From Thermodesulfobacteriota bacterium (GTDB taxonomy: Bacteria; Desulfobacterota_D; UBA1144; Nemesobacterales; JAJCZQ01), in the NCBI GenBank assembly GCA_965215275.1, contig OZ244044.1:1824001-1888000 (forward strand): a stretch of 64,000 nucleotides of DNA, written 5' to 3'. Within the stretch, counting starts at the first letter, position 1, and the number at the start of each line of letters is the position of its first letter. The position numbers and the translations under genes are program-made. The notes beneath the pieces were generated by a model. It saw only the letters and a list, made by a program, of their open reading frames with translations, was not told where the DNA came from and searched no databases. This document shows, in pieces, positions 10,243 to 19,763 of the stretch.

Positions 10243-10398
10243 GGGAATTATAAAGGAAAGTTGACAAGTTTACCTTAACTGTTCCGAGTGCAGAGTTCCT
10301 CTATCCCCGATCTCTTTTGATCTGATACTCTTAGCACTCATCGGGAGTATTTCTACCTTATTCCCACCCGATATGAAGTCTCCTTCATCAAGAGTATT
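10243..10398 (-). ncRNA. Putative omegaRNA scaffold overlapping the tnpB 3' end and the terminal repeat
   Basis: Starts just after the RuvC-III codons; stems ATACTCTTG/TAAGAGTAT, ATGAAG-GAGA-CTTCAT, GAGTGC/GCACTC, AGAG-GAA-CTCT; covaries with the copy at 62818-62978. Confidence 0.7.
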
Positions 10399-11492
10399 GA
10401 TATTTTTACCTGCATTTATGTCCCTGTCTTCTGAATAACCGCAATACATACAGTTAAAAGTCCTGACTGACAGAGGCTGTTTGGGATTTACCTTTCCGCA
10501 TTCAGAACAGGTCCTTGTTGTATAATGAGCTTTAACCAAAACCAGCTTGCCTCCAGCTATCCCGGCTTTGTAAGCAAACTGACGTTTGATCTTGCCCCAT
10601 TGCTGTTCCGTTATGGATTTAGCAAGATGATGGTTCTTTACCATTCCTTGTATATTCAAATCCTCTAATTTTATATGATTACTCTTCTTTACGGTCTCTG
10701 TTGTTAATCTGTGTATAGCATTATTTTCACGATCGGTAGTTCGTTCCCATTCCTTCGCTAACGATAAAACTTTCTTCTTTCTGCTGTCAGAACCTTTTAC
10801 CGCTCTTGAAACAATTCTTTGCTTTCTTTTCAGTTCCTTCCTGTCTATCCTGATACCGGGAATTTTAGTTCCATCTGAAAAAGCTAATCTGTTTGTTATT
10901 CCAAGATCTATTCCTATGGATTTATCCAAAGGTCTCTTCTTCTCATTTGTAAACTCACACAGAAACTGTATCTTTATTCTTAACGAACTCCTGATTATTC
11001 TTATTACAGTTTTAGGTTGCTTTAAAACAACTCCGTCAGGCATACTACCTTTGAAAGATAACCTCCCAGTCCCTTTATCGTTAAATAAGTCCTTCTGCCG
11101 ATCTTTTCAATGTTTTTATAATTGTTTGTTTCAAAACTTCTGACGGGTCTGTTCGGACCTTTATATTTTGGTCTGCCTACCTTTTTTGCTTTCCTGCCAG
11201 CTTTTTTATTCCTTAAATAATTCAGATAGGGACCGTAAGCATTATCCAGCCTTTCCAGAACGCTTCTTTGAGCTACCACGTTAAACTTTTCAAATTCCCT
11301 GTCCTGCTCCCGGACCTCGGTCAGTTCGTTAAACTGCTCGTATTTGGATACGGTTTTTTCATACCAGTCATAAGACCTTAATCTGTGATACAGGGCACCG
11401 TTGTAAAGATCGGTAAGCTGTTGCAGAAATTCATCCAGCCTTTTATGAAATCCACTATCTGCCTTTACAGTTCTTGTAATCGTTCTAACCAT
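10270..11492 (-). pseudogene. tnpB: RNA-guided endonuclease TnpB, split by a 1-nt frameshift near 11064-11067 (about 407 aa if joined)
   Basis: N-half LYNGAL, GRPKYK; C-half GIDLG (RuvC-I), LEDL (RuvC-II), CSECG/CMYCG zinc finger, DRDINA (RuvC-III). Confidence 0.9.
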
Positions 11493-11498
11493 ATAATA

Positions 11499-11527
11499 AC
11501 ATTACCTTTTTCTATTCTGTTTGTCAA
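11499..11527 (-). promoter_or_regulatory. Sigma70-like promoter for a leaderless tnpB transcript
   Basis: Minus strand TTGACA-17nt-TAATGT, then 6 nt to the ATG; no Shine-Dalgarno. Confidence 0.6.
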
Positions 11528-11583
11528 TTTTTTCTTGTTAACTTATTTTTGTCAACTTTTCTTTATAATTCCCGTAAATTACA

Positions 11584-11612
11584 TTTACAAAATATATCAG
11601 TTAGTTTAAAAT
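11584..11612 (+). promoter_or_regulatory. Sigma70-like promoter of the thiolase gene
   Basis: TTTACA-17nt-TAAAAT, upstream of the AAGGAG RBS. Confidence 0.55.
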
Positions 11613-11644
11613 TAAACATAATTTCATCAAGGAGAGACTAGATC

Positions 11645-12805
11645 ATGAGCGACCTGAAAGATGTTTATATCATAGGGGTAGGAAACACGGCCTGCGGAAG
11701 ATTTCCAGACAAACCGGCACATATCCTTGCAAGGGAAGCGGCCTGGGCAGCGATCAAGGATGCCGATATTCATCCCCGGAAAATAGAGATTGCTTTTTGT
11801 GGTCATGTTTATCAGGGTATGGGAGTGGGACAGAGAGCACTTAAGGAGATCGGTCTTGTAGGGCAGCCCACTATTAACGTTGAAGGGGCGTGCGGAAGCG
11901 GAACGCTGTCGTTCTGGGAGGCATGGAGGACGGTGGCATATGGCCAGTACGACATAGCACTTGCTCTGGGCGTTGAGAACCTGAGCAGGGTACTGTCTGG
12001 CGGGCCGTTACCGCTTGAAGAGGACGATCTTGAGGTTTCATTAGGTATGGGCATGCCGGGACTTTACGCGATAAGAGCAAAAAAATATATGGATGAATAC
12101 GGGGTTACGATGGAGCAGCTCGCCAAGGTGGTCGTTAAGAGCAGGTACCATGCTTCACTGAACCCGAATGCACAGTACAGAAAGACCACAACGGTCGAAG
12201 AAGTACTTGGAGCTCCGATGATCGCGGACCCGCTCACGCGTAACATGTGCTGTCCCGTTGGTGATGCAGCGGCAGCGGCAGTGCTCGTTTCGGAAGATCT
12301 TCTGGAAGACTATGCCAAAAAACTGCCGATCAAGGTACTGGGCTGTATTGCTCAGTCAGGTAAGTACAGCAGTGCGACCGGTCTTACGTGTGACCCGTCG
12401 GAGAACGTTGTCAGAACGTCGAAACTGGCGTATGAAATGGCGGGATTAGGTCCTGAGGATATGGACCTGGCCGAGATACATGATGCGTTCTCCATTGCCG
12501 AGATGATGGTCGTGGAAGCACTTGGGTTTTGTGAAAAAGGAGAAGGTGCAACGCTGATCGACGAGGAAAGTACCTGGCTGGGAGGAGATAAGGTTGCCGT
12601 TAATCCAAGTGGTGGCCTGTTGTCTCGTGGGCATCCCGTTGGTGCGACCGGACTGCTGCAGACCGCCGAACTGGTGTATCATCTGAGAGGAGATGCCGGT
12701 GAACGTCAGGTTCCGGACGCCAAGGTCGGTATTATAGAAACAATGGGTGGAGCTCAGCCGGCAATGGATGGTATAACGTGCGTTGTCAGCATACTGGGTA
12801 AATAA
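11645..12805 (+). CDS. Thiolase-family protein (SCP-x / SCP2-thiolase-like)
   Basis: NVEGACGSG, EIHDAFS, NPSGGLLSRGHPVGATG. Confidence 0.9.
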   Translation: MSDLKDVYIIGVGNTACGRFPDKPAHILAREAAWAAIKDADIHPRKIEIAFCGHVYQGMGVGQRALKEIGLVGQPTINVEGACGSGTLSFWEAWRTVAYGQYDIALALGVENLSRVLSGGPLPLEEDDLEVSLGMGMPGLYAIRAKKYMDEYGVTMEQLAKVVVKSRYHASLNPNAQYRKTTTVEEVLGAPMIADPLTRNMCCPVGDAAAAAVLVSEDLLEDYAKKLPIKVLGCIAQSGKYSSATGLTCDPSENVVRTSKLAYEMAGLGPEDMDLAEIHDAFSIAEMMVVEALGFCEKGEGATLIDEESTWLGGDKVAVNPSGGLLSRGHPVGATGLLQTAELVYHLRGDAGERQVPDAKVGIIETMGGAQPAMDGITCVVSILGK

Positions 12806-12833
12806 ATCAGTTCCCTTAGTTCGTTATTTAACA

Positions 12834-12870
12834 GAGCCGTGCTGCCAGGAACGTGGTAACACGGCTTTTC
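12834..12870 (+). terminator. Probable intrinsic terminator after the thiolase
   Basis: GAGCCGTG...CACGGCTT hairpin followed by a T-rich run. Confidence 0.55.
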
Positions 12871-13057
12871 GTTTTCAGCTGTTATGCCGGTTTTGACAGC
12901 ATTTTTCTGCAGGGACGTATTATCAGGGTAATTTATATAGTTTCAAAGTGAATAACTCTGCTGGATTTTATTGTATAATTGTAAAAAACCACTGATTTCA
13001 ACTGTAAACTATAGAAGTCCTGTATTAATAAATCATATGATCCTCTGATCGTTCGTT

Positions 13058-15286
13058 ATGGCGAAGAATAAAAAACCTATACATAAAGATGGCAGATCCA
13101 CTTTGGTCAGTGAGATACTTTCGGCGATTTTATTTACGACCGGGCTTTTTTCGTACCTGAGCCTGATATTTTACAGTTCAGAATCCGTGTATGACCTTAA
13201 GAACACCATGGGTGCGGTAGGTGTTTTTATTTCCGGGACGTTGGGACACTCGTTCGGAGTTGTTTCCTTTTTGATCCCGTTCGCTATGTTCTGTTCCGCT
13301 TACGTTGTGTTTACGAATAAGCTGCAGGTGATACAGCTTGTAAAGGCGTTGTTCGCCATTATTTTTGTTCTGTCCTTAACGACTTTTGTCGGACTGACCT
13401 TTCAGGGGGACCTCCTTGGATACGAACCGGCCGGTGGTTCGGTCGGGAATTTTCTGGCCTTGAGCATAAAGGATTCATTTGCAGGAACTCTGGGGTCTTA
13501 CATCATAGTAACGGTTTTTCTCCTGTTGAGCCTGATGTTAGTGACCGAGTATAAATTATCCCGTCTTTTTGTTTTATTAAAAGCCCTTACTGTCAGCCTT
13601 ACCAGGACTGCTGTTAATTTAACCGTAAAGATCCCTGAACTTCTGTCCTTTGGAAAAAGCGTTAATGGTAAAACCAGAAGATCAAAGAGCAAAGAGGAAC
13701 AGCCGGCGATTTATTTCAAACGCAGGGACAAGACCGATAAAGCCGTCCTGAGTGATGACGGTGAAGTGGCCTCGTCACCTGAGATCGTGTTGGAACTGGA
13801 TAACGACACCTCAGATCAGAACGGTTCGGGTCAGGTGGACCTGCCACTGAAAAAGGATTTTGAACTTCCTTCTTACAAGCTGCTTGATATGGGTGACGAT
13901 ATCGAGATAAAGGTTGACGAGGAATTTATCTATAAAGAGGCAAAGCTCATTGAGGACAAGCTGAAGGATTTTAACGTTTCGGGCGAAGTGACACAGGTAA
14001 AACCAGGTCCCGCGATCACGATGTTCGAGTACAAACCCGCTCCAGGGGTTAAGATCAGCAAGATCTCTTCTCTGACGAACGACCTTGCAATGGGACTGAG
14101 TGCGTTAAGCGTGAGGATAATTGCACCAATACCCGGCAAGGACGTAATTGGTATTGAAGTTCCAAATCAGAAACGAGATGCAGTTATGATAAGGGACCTG
14201 ATCGAATCCTCTAAATTTATGGAAAAGAGCTCAGCCCTTACTCTTGCACTTGGAAAGGATATTGCAGGCAAGCCATTCTATACCGATCTGAGAAGTGCCC
14301 CTCATTTAATGATCGCCGGGACCACAGGGTCTGGTAAGAGCGTTTTGCTGAACGCAATTCTCGCCAGCCTCGTTTATAAATTAACTCCAAGGGAACTTAA
14401 GTTCATTATGATAGATCCCAAGATGCTTGAACTGTCGATCTACGACGGCATACCTCATTTGCTGCATCCCGTCGTTACAGAACCGGCCAAAGCGGCGGCG
14501 GCACTTAAATGGGCCGTGAACGAGATGGAAAACAGGTACAGGCTGCTTTCCGAGGAAACGGTCAGGGACCTGGAAACCTATAATCAGAAGATCGAAGCCG
14601 AAGACCCTGAAAACAAGTGGGACAGATGGCTTCCCTATATAGTTATTATAATTGACGAACTCGCGGACCTTATGATGGTTGCCCCAAGTGAGATCAAGGA
14701 GTCCATTATCAGACTTTCCCAGAAGGCACGAGCGGCGGGGATCCATCTGATAGTTGCCACTCAGAGACCTTCTGCAGATATTGTGGCCGGGCTCCTGAAA
14801 GCGAACTTTCCTTCCAAGATCTCATTTCACGTGTCATCTAACACCGATTCAAGGATAATACTGGGTAAGGGTGGGGCGGAAAGCCTTCTTGGAAAAGGTG
14901 ACATGCTGTATCTGAAACCAGGGGTTGGTTCACTTATCAGGATCCAGGGAGCTTTAATATCGGACCGGGAGAGAGAAAGGATCACGGAGCATTTAAAGGT
15001 GCAGGGACAACCTGAATATAACAAAAGTATTACGCACATTGAGGATCCCGAGGACGATCAGGATCTCGATGAAGAAAAGGATGAGCTGTATAATGATGCT
15101 CTGAGAGTTGTCGTGGAAACAAAACAGGCTTCTGCGTCCATGCTTCAGAGAAGGCTCAGGATAGGTTATAACAGAGCTGCAAATATAATAGAGATGATGG
15201 AGCGAAAAGGTATCGTGGGTCCGCAGGAATCCGCGGGAAAACCAAGGGAAGTCTATATGGACGCAGATCAGACAGAGAGGCTGTGA
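13058..15286 (+). CDS. ftsK: DNA translocase FtsK
   Basis: N-terminal TM domain, AGTTGSGKS, IDELADLM, ATQRPS, gamma domain LQRRLRIGYNRA. Confidence 0.97.
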   Translation: MAKNKKPIHKDGRSTLVSEILSAILFTTGLFSYLSLIFYSSESVYDLKNTMGAVGVFISGTLGHSFGVVSFLIPFAMFCSAYVVFTNKLQVIQLVKALFAIIFVLSLTTFVGLTFQGDLLGYEPAGGSVGNFLALSIKDSFAGTLGSYIIVTVFLLLSLMLVTEYKLSRLFVLLKALTVSLTRTAVNLTVKIPELLSFGKSVNGKTRRSKSKEEQPAIYFKRRDKTDKAVLSDDGEVASSPEIVLELDNDTSDQNGSGQVDLPLKKDFELPSYKLLDMGDDIEIKVDEEFIYKEAKLIEDKLKDFNVSGEVTQVKPGPAITMFEYKPAPGVKISKISSLTNDLAMGLSALSVRIIAPIPGKDVIGIEVPNQKRDAVMIRDLIESSKFMEKSSALTLALGKDIAGKPFYTDLRSAPHLMIAGTTGSGKSVLLNAILASLVYKLTPRELKFIMIDPKMLELSIYDGIPHLLHPVVTEPAKAAAALKWAVNEMENRYRLLSEETVRDLETYNQKIEAEDPENKWDRWLPYIVIIIDELADLMMVAPSEIKESIIRLSQKARAAGIHLIVATQRPSADIVAGLLKANFPSKISFHVSSNTDSRIILGKGGAESLLGKGDMLYLKPGVGSLIRIQGALISDRERERITEHLKVQGQPEYNKSITHIEDPEDDQDLDEEKDELYNDALRVVVETKQASASMLQRRLRIGYNRAANIIEMMERKGIVGPQESAGKPREVYMDADQTERL

Positions 15287-15966
15287 AACTGATGACAGGG
15301 GTTTATTATCTGATCATGATCTTTGCATTACTTTTCTCCAGCCAGCCTGTTTTATCGGGCGAGAAGGGTAGACTGGATGAAATTGTTGACAGGGTACAGA
15401 AAAAATATAATGGGATAAGTGATTACCGTGCTGATTTTTTGCAGGAGGCTGAAGTGCGTGCACTTGGCAGGACGCAGAAAGCCTCGGGAGAGGTCTGGCT
15501 TAAAAGACCTGACAAGATGAAATGGGTCTTTCAGGGTCCCACGAAAGAAGTTTACATTTCAGATGGGAATAAAGTGCTTTACTACAATGAACGGGATAAT
15601 CAGCTGCTGGAGACGACGTTTGCCGGAATTAACGGCAATACTGATCCTATGATGCTTCTTTCAGGTTTAGGAGAGATCAGGAAACTGTATAAGATAAGAT
15701 TCGCCGATGATAAAGGTTTACGTGTGAAGAATACCGATCTGCTTGAGCTTATTCCAGATGGAGCGAGCGATAACAAGAGCAGGATCTTTATAAATGTAAA
15801 CAGGTCGAGCTCGCTTGTGGATACGATCCACCTTTTTGATCCGTTCGGTAATCAGACCAGGATCTCACTGTCAGAAGTCCGGACGAATACGGATATCCCG
15901 GACGGCGTTTTTGCTTTTAAATCTCCGAAAGGCACGGAAGTGATAAAGCTGCCCATAAAAAGATGA
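15283..15966 (+). CDS. lolA: Outer-membrane lipoprotein carrier LolA family
   Basis: Signal peptide, ADFLQ, KRPDKMKW, SDGNKV, FAFKSPKG; directly follows ftsK. Confidence 0.85.
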   Translation: MKLMTGVYYLIMIFALLFSSQPVLSGEKGRLDEIVDRVQKKYNGISDYRADFLQEAEVRALGRTQKASGEVWLKRPDKMKWVFQGPTKEVYISDGNKVLYYNERDNQLLETTFAGINGNTDPMMLLSGLGEIRKLYKIRFADDKGLRVKNTDLLELIPDGASDNKSRIFINVNRSSSLVDTIHLFDPFGNQTRISLSEVRTNTDIPDGVFAFKSPKGTEVIKLPIKR

Positions 15967-16287
15967 CCTAGGGATACTGAAGTATATAAACCCCGAAAAA
16001 AGCGGGAAGCTGAACAGAAGTAACTGTTTACAGTGCCTGTTTTACCTTTTGCAGGTTGATATAATGCAGCAGTCGATATATAATTTCACTTCAGGTTCAT
16101 CTGTTTTTATGGTTATGATCACAAAGGTTGTTTTATGGTGAGGTGAGTTGATATATCAGGTACAATTAATTAAAGGGAATTAAAGGTTATGGGACGTGAA
16201 CGTGCATTTGGCGTTTTTCTTTTCGTTTATAAAGGTATGAACACCTGCACTCATAAGCTGAACGCATTGTACTTTGAGGTATGAGAT

Positions 16288-18435
16288 ATGGATAATGAGG
16301 TTTTAAATAAGATCGATGAAAGGTTACCCGGACCGGTCCTGAAAGAACTGAACGGTTTTAAGGAAGATATAGAGAGATACAGAACCGGACAGATCGGCGA
16401 GGTGAAATTTCAGAAGATAAGGCTTCAGCTCGGAACTTACGCTCAGAGACAGTCGGGAGTTCAGATGCAGAGGATCAAGATCCCCTACGGCAGGGTGACC
16501 TCTGACCAGATGAGAAGACTGTCCGAAGTTTCAGATAAGTACTCCACGGGGTCTATGCACCTGACAACGCGTCAGGACGTACAGCTTTATTATCTGGACC
16601 TGCAAAGCGTTCCGGACATGATGAAGGAACTGGCCGATGCGGGAATAACCACCCGTGAGGCATGTGGAAATACCGTCAGGAACGTAACAGCTTCTCCTTT
16701 CACCGGTGCTTCTCCTAACGACACGTTCGACGTGACACCCTACGCCGAGGCATTTAAAGAATTTATGCTCCGAAACCCTATATGCCAGAATATGGGAAGA
16801 AAGTTCAAAGTGTGCTTTGAGAGTGACCCGGATGTGGATAATGCCGGGATAATGATCCATGATCTGGGATTCAGGGCAGTGATCAAGGAAGCTGACGGCA
16901 GACGACAAAAGGGGTTTCAGTTGTACGTCGGAGGTGGTCTGGGAGCTTCACCTTCGCTGGGTCATCTGTGGAGCAGCTTCGTTCCGGTCGAGGAGATGAT
17001 CCCCCTGTCAACCTCCATAATAAGGGTGTTTGACAGATATGGTGAAAGAAAGGTAAGAATGAAAGCCAGGATGAAGTTCCTGATCCGGAAACTGGGACTT
17101 GACAGGTTCAGAGAACTCGTTGAGGAAGAAAGAGCTAATTTGGAAGTGGATGCTTCATGGAACGACTATTTAAGATATATTTCAGATAACGAGGTCCCGC
17201 CGGATAAAGAGTATGACCTTGAACCTGTCTCGGGTTCCATTAAGGATGATCCCGATTTTCTGGACTGGAAAGCGGCAAATGTCTCTCCTGCCGGGACCGA
17301 AGGATACTCAGTTGTAACCATCAAGATAAAGCTCGGGGACGTTTCCTCTGATTCAGGCAGATTTCTGGCCGATACAGCCGACAGGTACGCAGATGGGAAC
17401 TTGAGGATAACGATACAGCAGAACCTTCTTATAAGGTGGGTTCCGAATGAAGCAGTACCTTCTCTTTACACTGCTTTGAAAAGTAATGACCTTGCTGACC
17501 CGGGTGCGGATTCGTTCAGGGATATAACCGCCTGTCCAGGTGCCGATACGTGCCGTCTGGGAATTACGTCCGCTAAAGGTCTTGCAACCGAGCTTGCCGG
17601 TCTTATGAATAACGGTCTTGGGAAATATAAACAGACGTGCAAGGACCTGAAGATAAAGATCTCAGGATGTCCTAATTCCTGTGCACAGCACGTTGCGGCA
17701 AGTATAGGTTTCCAGGGAGCTTCCATTACCAAGGACGGAAGATCGGTGCCTGCCGTGATGCTGTTTCTGGGAGGAGGGCTTTACGGGGACGATACACGGC
17801 TTGCGATGCCGATAGGTAAAGTTCCGACAAGAAATGCACCTGAGGTAGTGAACAGGTTGCTTGAGATGTATGAAAATGATAAGGAGAACGGGGAGCATTT
17901 TGATCTTTACGTCAGGAGACTGGGCAGCAAAGCCATTAAAACTGTCCTGAAAGAGTACAGTGATATTCCTTCTTATGAGGATGATCCTGATTTTTACAGG
18001 GATTGGGGGTATGAAGAGGAAAAATTTGAATTACAGCAGGGAGTTAAAGGAGAATGTGCCGGAGTAACGGTTGAAGAAAAAACTCCCACTTTTGCTGACT
18101 CCGAGAAGAGGTTTGAGCAGGCTCAGGCGTTCTTTATTCACGGAGAGTATGAAGACTGCATTAATGAACTCTATCTTGCGTGTTCTGACAGTGCTCATGT
18201 ACCGCTTTATGCAAAACTTGTTGATCCGTTTACCCCTGAGCAGACGATCTGGGAGTTTGAGAACATTCTTGTAAGAACCGGTGATGCAGATAAAAGATGG
18301 ATGAACGTTTCAAAGACCTTCACTGATTACAGAACGGGCAGCTACGGTCCTGAAGATGCAGTTAAGTTCCTTGAACTGGCAAAAGATTTTAATACCGAAT
18401 GCAGAAGAGTTCATTCTGAACTGACCAAAGGGTGA
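16288..18435 (+). CDS. Ferredoxin-dependent nitrite/sulfite reductase (siroheme, 4Fe-4S) with C-terminal extension
   Basis: HLTTRQDVQ, ACGNTVRN, CPGADTC and ISGCPNSCAQH cysteine motifs. Confidence 0.9.
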   Translation: MDNEVLNKIDERLPGPVLKELNGFKEDIERYRTGQIGEVKFQKIRLQLGTYAQRQSGVQMQRIKIPYGRVTSDQMRRLSEVSDKYSTGSMHLTTRQDVQLYYLDLQSVPDMMKELADAGITTREACGNTVRNVTASPFTGASPNDTFDVTPYAEAFKEFMLRNPICQNMGRKFKVCFESDPDVDNAGIMIHDLGFRAVIKEADGRRQKGFQLYVGGGLGASPSLGHLWSSFVPVEEMIPLSTSIIRVFDRYGERKVRMKARMKFLIRKLGLDRFRELVEEERANLEVDASWNDYLRYISDNEVPPDKEYDLEPVSGSIKDDPDFLDWKAANVSPAGTEGYSVVTIKIKLGDVSSDSGRFLADTADRYADGNLRITIQQNLLIRWVPNEAVPSLYTALKSNDLADPGADSFRDITACPGADTCRLGITSAKGLATELAGLMNNGLGKYKQTCKDLKIKISGCPNSCAQHVAASIGFQGASITKDGRSVPAVMLFLGGGLYGDDTRLAMPIGKVPTRNAPEVVNRLLEMYENDKENGEHFDLYVRRLGSKAIKTVLKEYSDIPSYEDDPDFYRDWGYEEEKFELQQGVKGECAGVTVEEKTPTFADSEKRFEQAQAFFIHGEYEDCINELYLACSDSAHVPLYAKLVDPFTPEQTIWEFENILVRTGDADKRWMNVSKTFTDYRTGSYGPEDAVKFLELAKDFNTECRRVHSELTKG

Positions 18436-18451
18436 TCTTATCGGTATTGAT

Positions 18452-18742
18452 CTATCTGAACAGACTTCTGAAAAACCTGTATATTATACCAAAAAAAGTC
18501 GGTTCCTCGGTGTTCTGCAGAGGTACGAAACCCTCTACCGATTGTGCCAGGATATCCTTGGCTTCATTATAATGATTTTCTGGCACGAAAATTGGTTTGT
18601 TATTCAATCCTCCAATAATTGGTCCAACGTACAGGGAGCCAAAATGCTCATTCCTTATGTAGTATGGAATATCAGCGGAATCCAGCAGGCTTCTTATAAC
18701 GGCGAGTTCTGATTCACTGTTAGGCACATATAGCTTTTTCAT
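18452..18742 (-). CDS. DUF2007-like small signal-transducing protein
   Basis: IRSLLDSADIPYYIRNE...IFVPENHYNEAKDIL pattern. Confidence 0.7.
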   Translation of the reverse strand: MKKLYVPNSESELAVIRSLLDSADIPYYIRNEHFGSLYVGPIIGGLNNKPIFVPENHYNEAKDILAQSVEGFVPLQNTEEPTFFGIIYRFFRSLFR

Positions 18743-18836
18743 TCTTTAACGTATATAGGCGAACCTGTTCTGCACTTTCAGGCAATATTGATCATATAAG
18801 AGGGTTTTAATACAAATATCTTTGGGCTTTTACTCT

Positions 18837-19277
18837 TCAGAGACGGTAGCCGCCTTTTATATATTTTTCCAGTTCTCTGATCTGGAACTTCTGATGTTTG
18901 ATAATATGCGTAAGAACGTCCCCTATTGATACAAGTCCTTCAAGCTTTCCATCTTCTATGACGGGCAGGTGCCTTATATGGTTCTCGGACATAAGGGCCA
19001 TACACTTATCAATAGGGTCAACGGGAGTTACAGAGATCACGTTTTTTGTCATAAGGTCACCGACTTCTGTATTGATGGATGACCTGTCCTTTAAGATGAT
19101 CTTTCTTGCATAGTCCCTTTCTGAGAATATACCCACTATCTTTCCTTTCTCGGTAACCACTAATGCACCGATATCTTTTTCCTCCAGTATTTTCAGGGCA
19201 TTGAAAACGGTGGTTTCCGGTGAAATGGAAAAGACCTCTTTACCTTTGACCTTTAATATATCTATTACATTGTTCAT
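18837..19277 (-). CDS. CBS-domain-pair protein
   Basis: IGALVV, GIFSERDYARK, IRHLPV, GLVSIGD. Confidence 0.92.
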   Translation of the reverse strand: MNNVIDILKVKGKEVFSISPETTVFNALKILEEKDIGALVVTEKGKIVGIFSERDYARKIILKDRSSINTEVGDLMTKNVISVTPVDPIDKCMALMSENHIRHLPVIEDGKLEGLVSIGDVLTHIIKHQKFQIRELEKYIKGGYRL

Positions 19278-19763
19278 TTTCTGATTTTTCCCAATACAAC
19301 TTCTTATTACTATTATACTTTAAAAATACTCTGTCAGACAAGGATATTTCAAAATATACTGTGGATACCCGAACTGTACCATTATTCGGCAGTACTGCTT
19401 CCGGAGAAAAATTCGGAATGGATGGTCTTGAGATAACGATGTTCATTAGTGAATGGGCAGACAAGGTCAGTTTATTAACTGACCGCTTATATAAGTTTCA
19501 TTTTTAAGAACCGGCATTACTGCGTTGATCTTATCAATAAAGTTGTGTGTATGGAGATGTTTTCTGATGAGAAAGGCAGGTTTGCAGGTTTTATACATGG
19601 CAGAACGGTGATAGTTCGGGTTGAACCGGAGTTAGCGGTAAAGAAAAACAGTGTAAATACAAGGGGCGTAGTCCCAATGTCGTTGTTGTATTTTGGATTT
19701 AATTCAAGGAAAGTCTGGAAAAGGGACTGCCAGATCTTGTGATAGAAAGTCTTACTTGATATG

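Larger units (their letters stand above)
10243..11573 (-). mobile_element. Non-autonomous TIR element (IS1595-like ends, 8-bp TSD) carrying tnpB and an omegaRNA-like scaffold
   Basis: GGGAATTATAAAGGAAAGTTGACAA (10243-10267) and its inverted copy at 11549-11573 match 24/25; direct repeat GTAAATTA at 10235-10242 and 11574-11581; no transposase inside. Confidence 0.88.

Noticed and set aside
10150..11640. CRISPR array / Cas12f locus around tnpB
   Set aside because: No regularly spaced direct repeats and no cas genes near tnpB or elsewhere in the window.
16030..16270. Structured leader upstream of the sulfite/nitrite reductase
   Set aside because: Only short scattered complementarities (ACAGTGC/GCATTGT, CAGGTTCAT/ATGAACACCTG); no recognisable riboswitch, and these could be chance.
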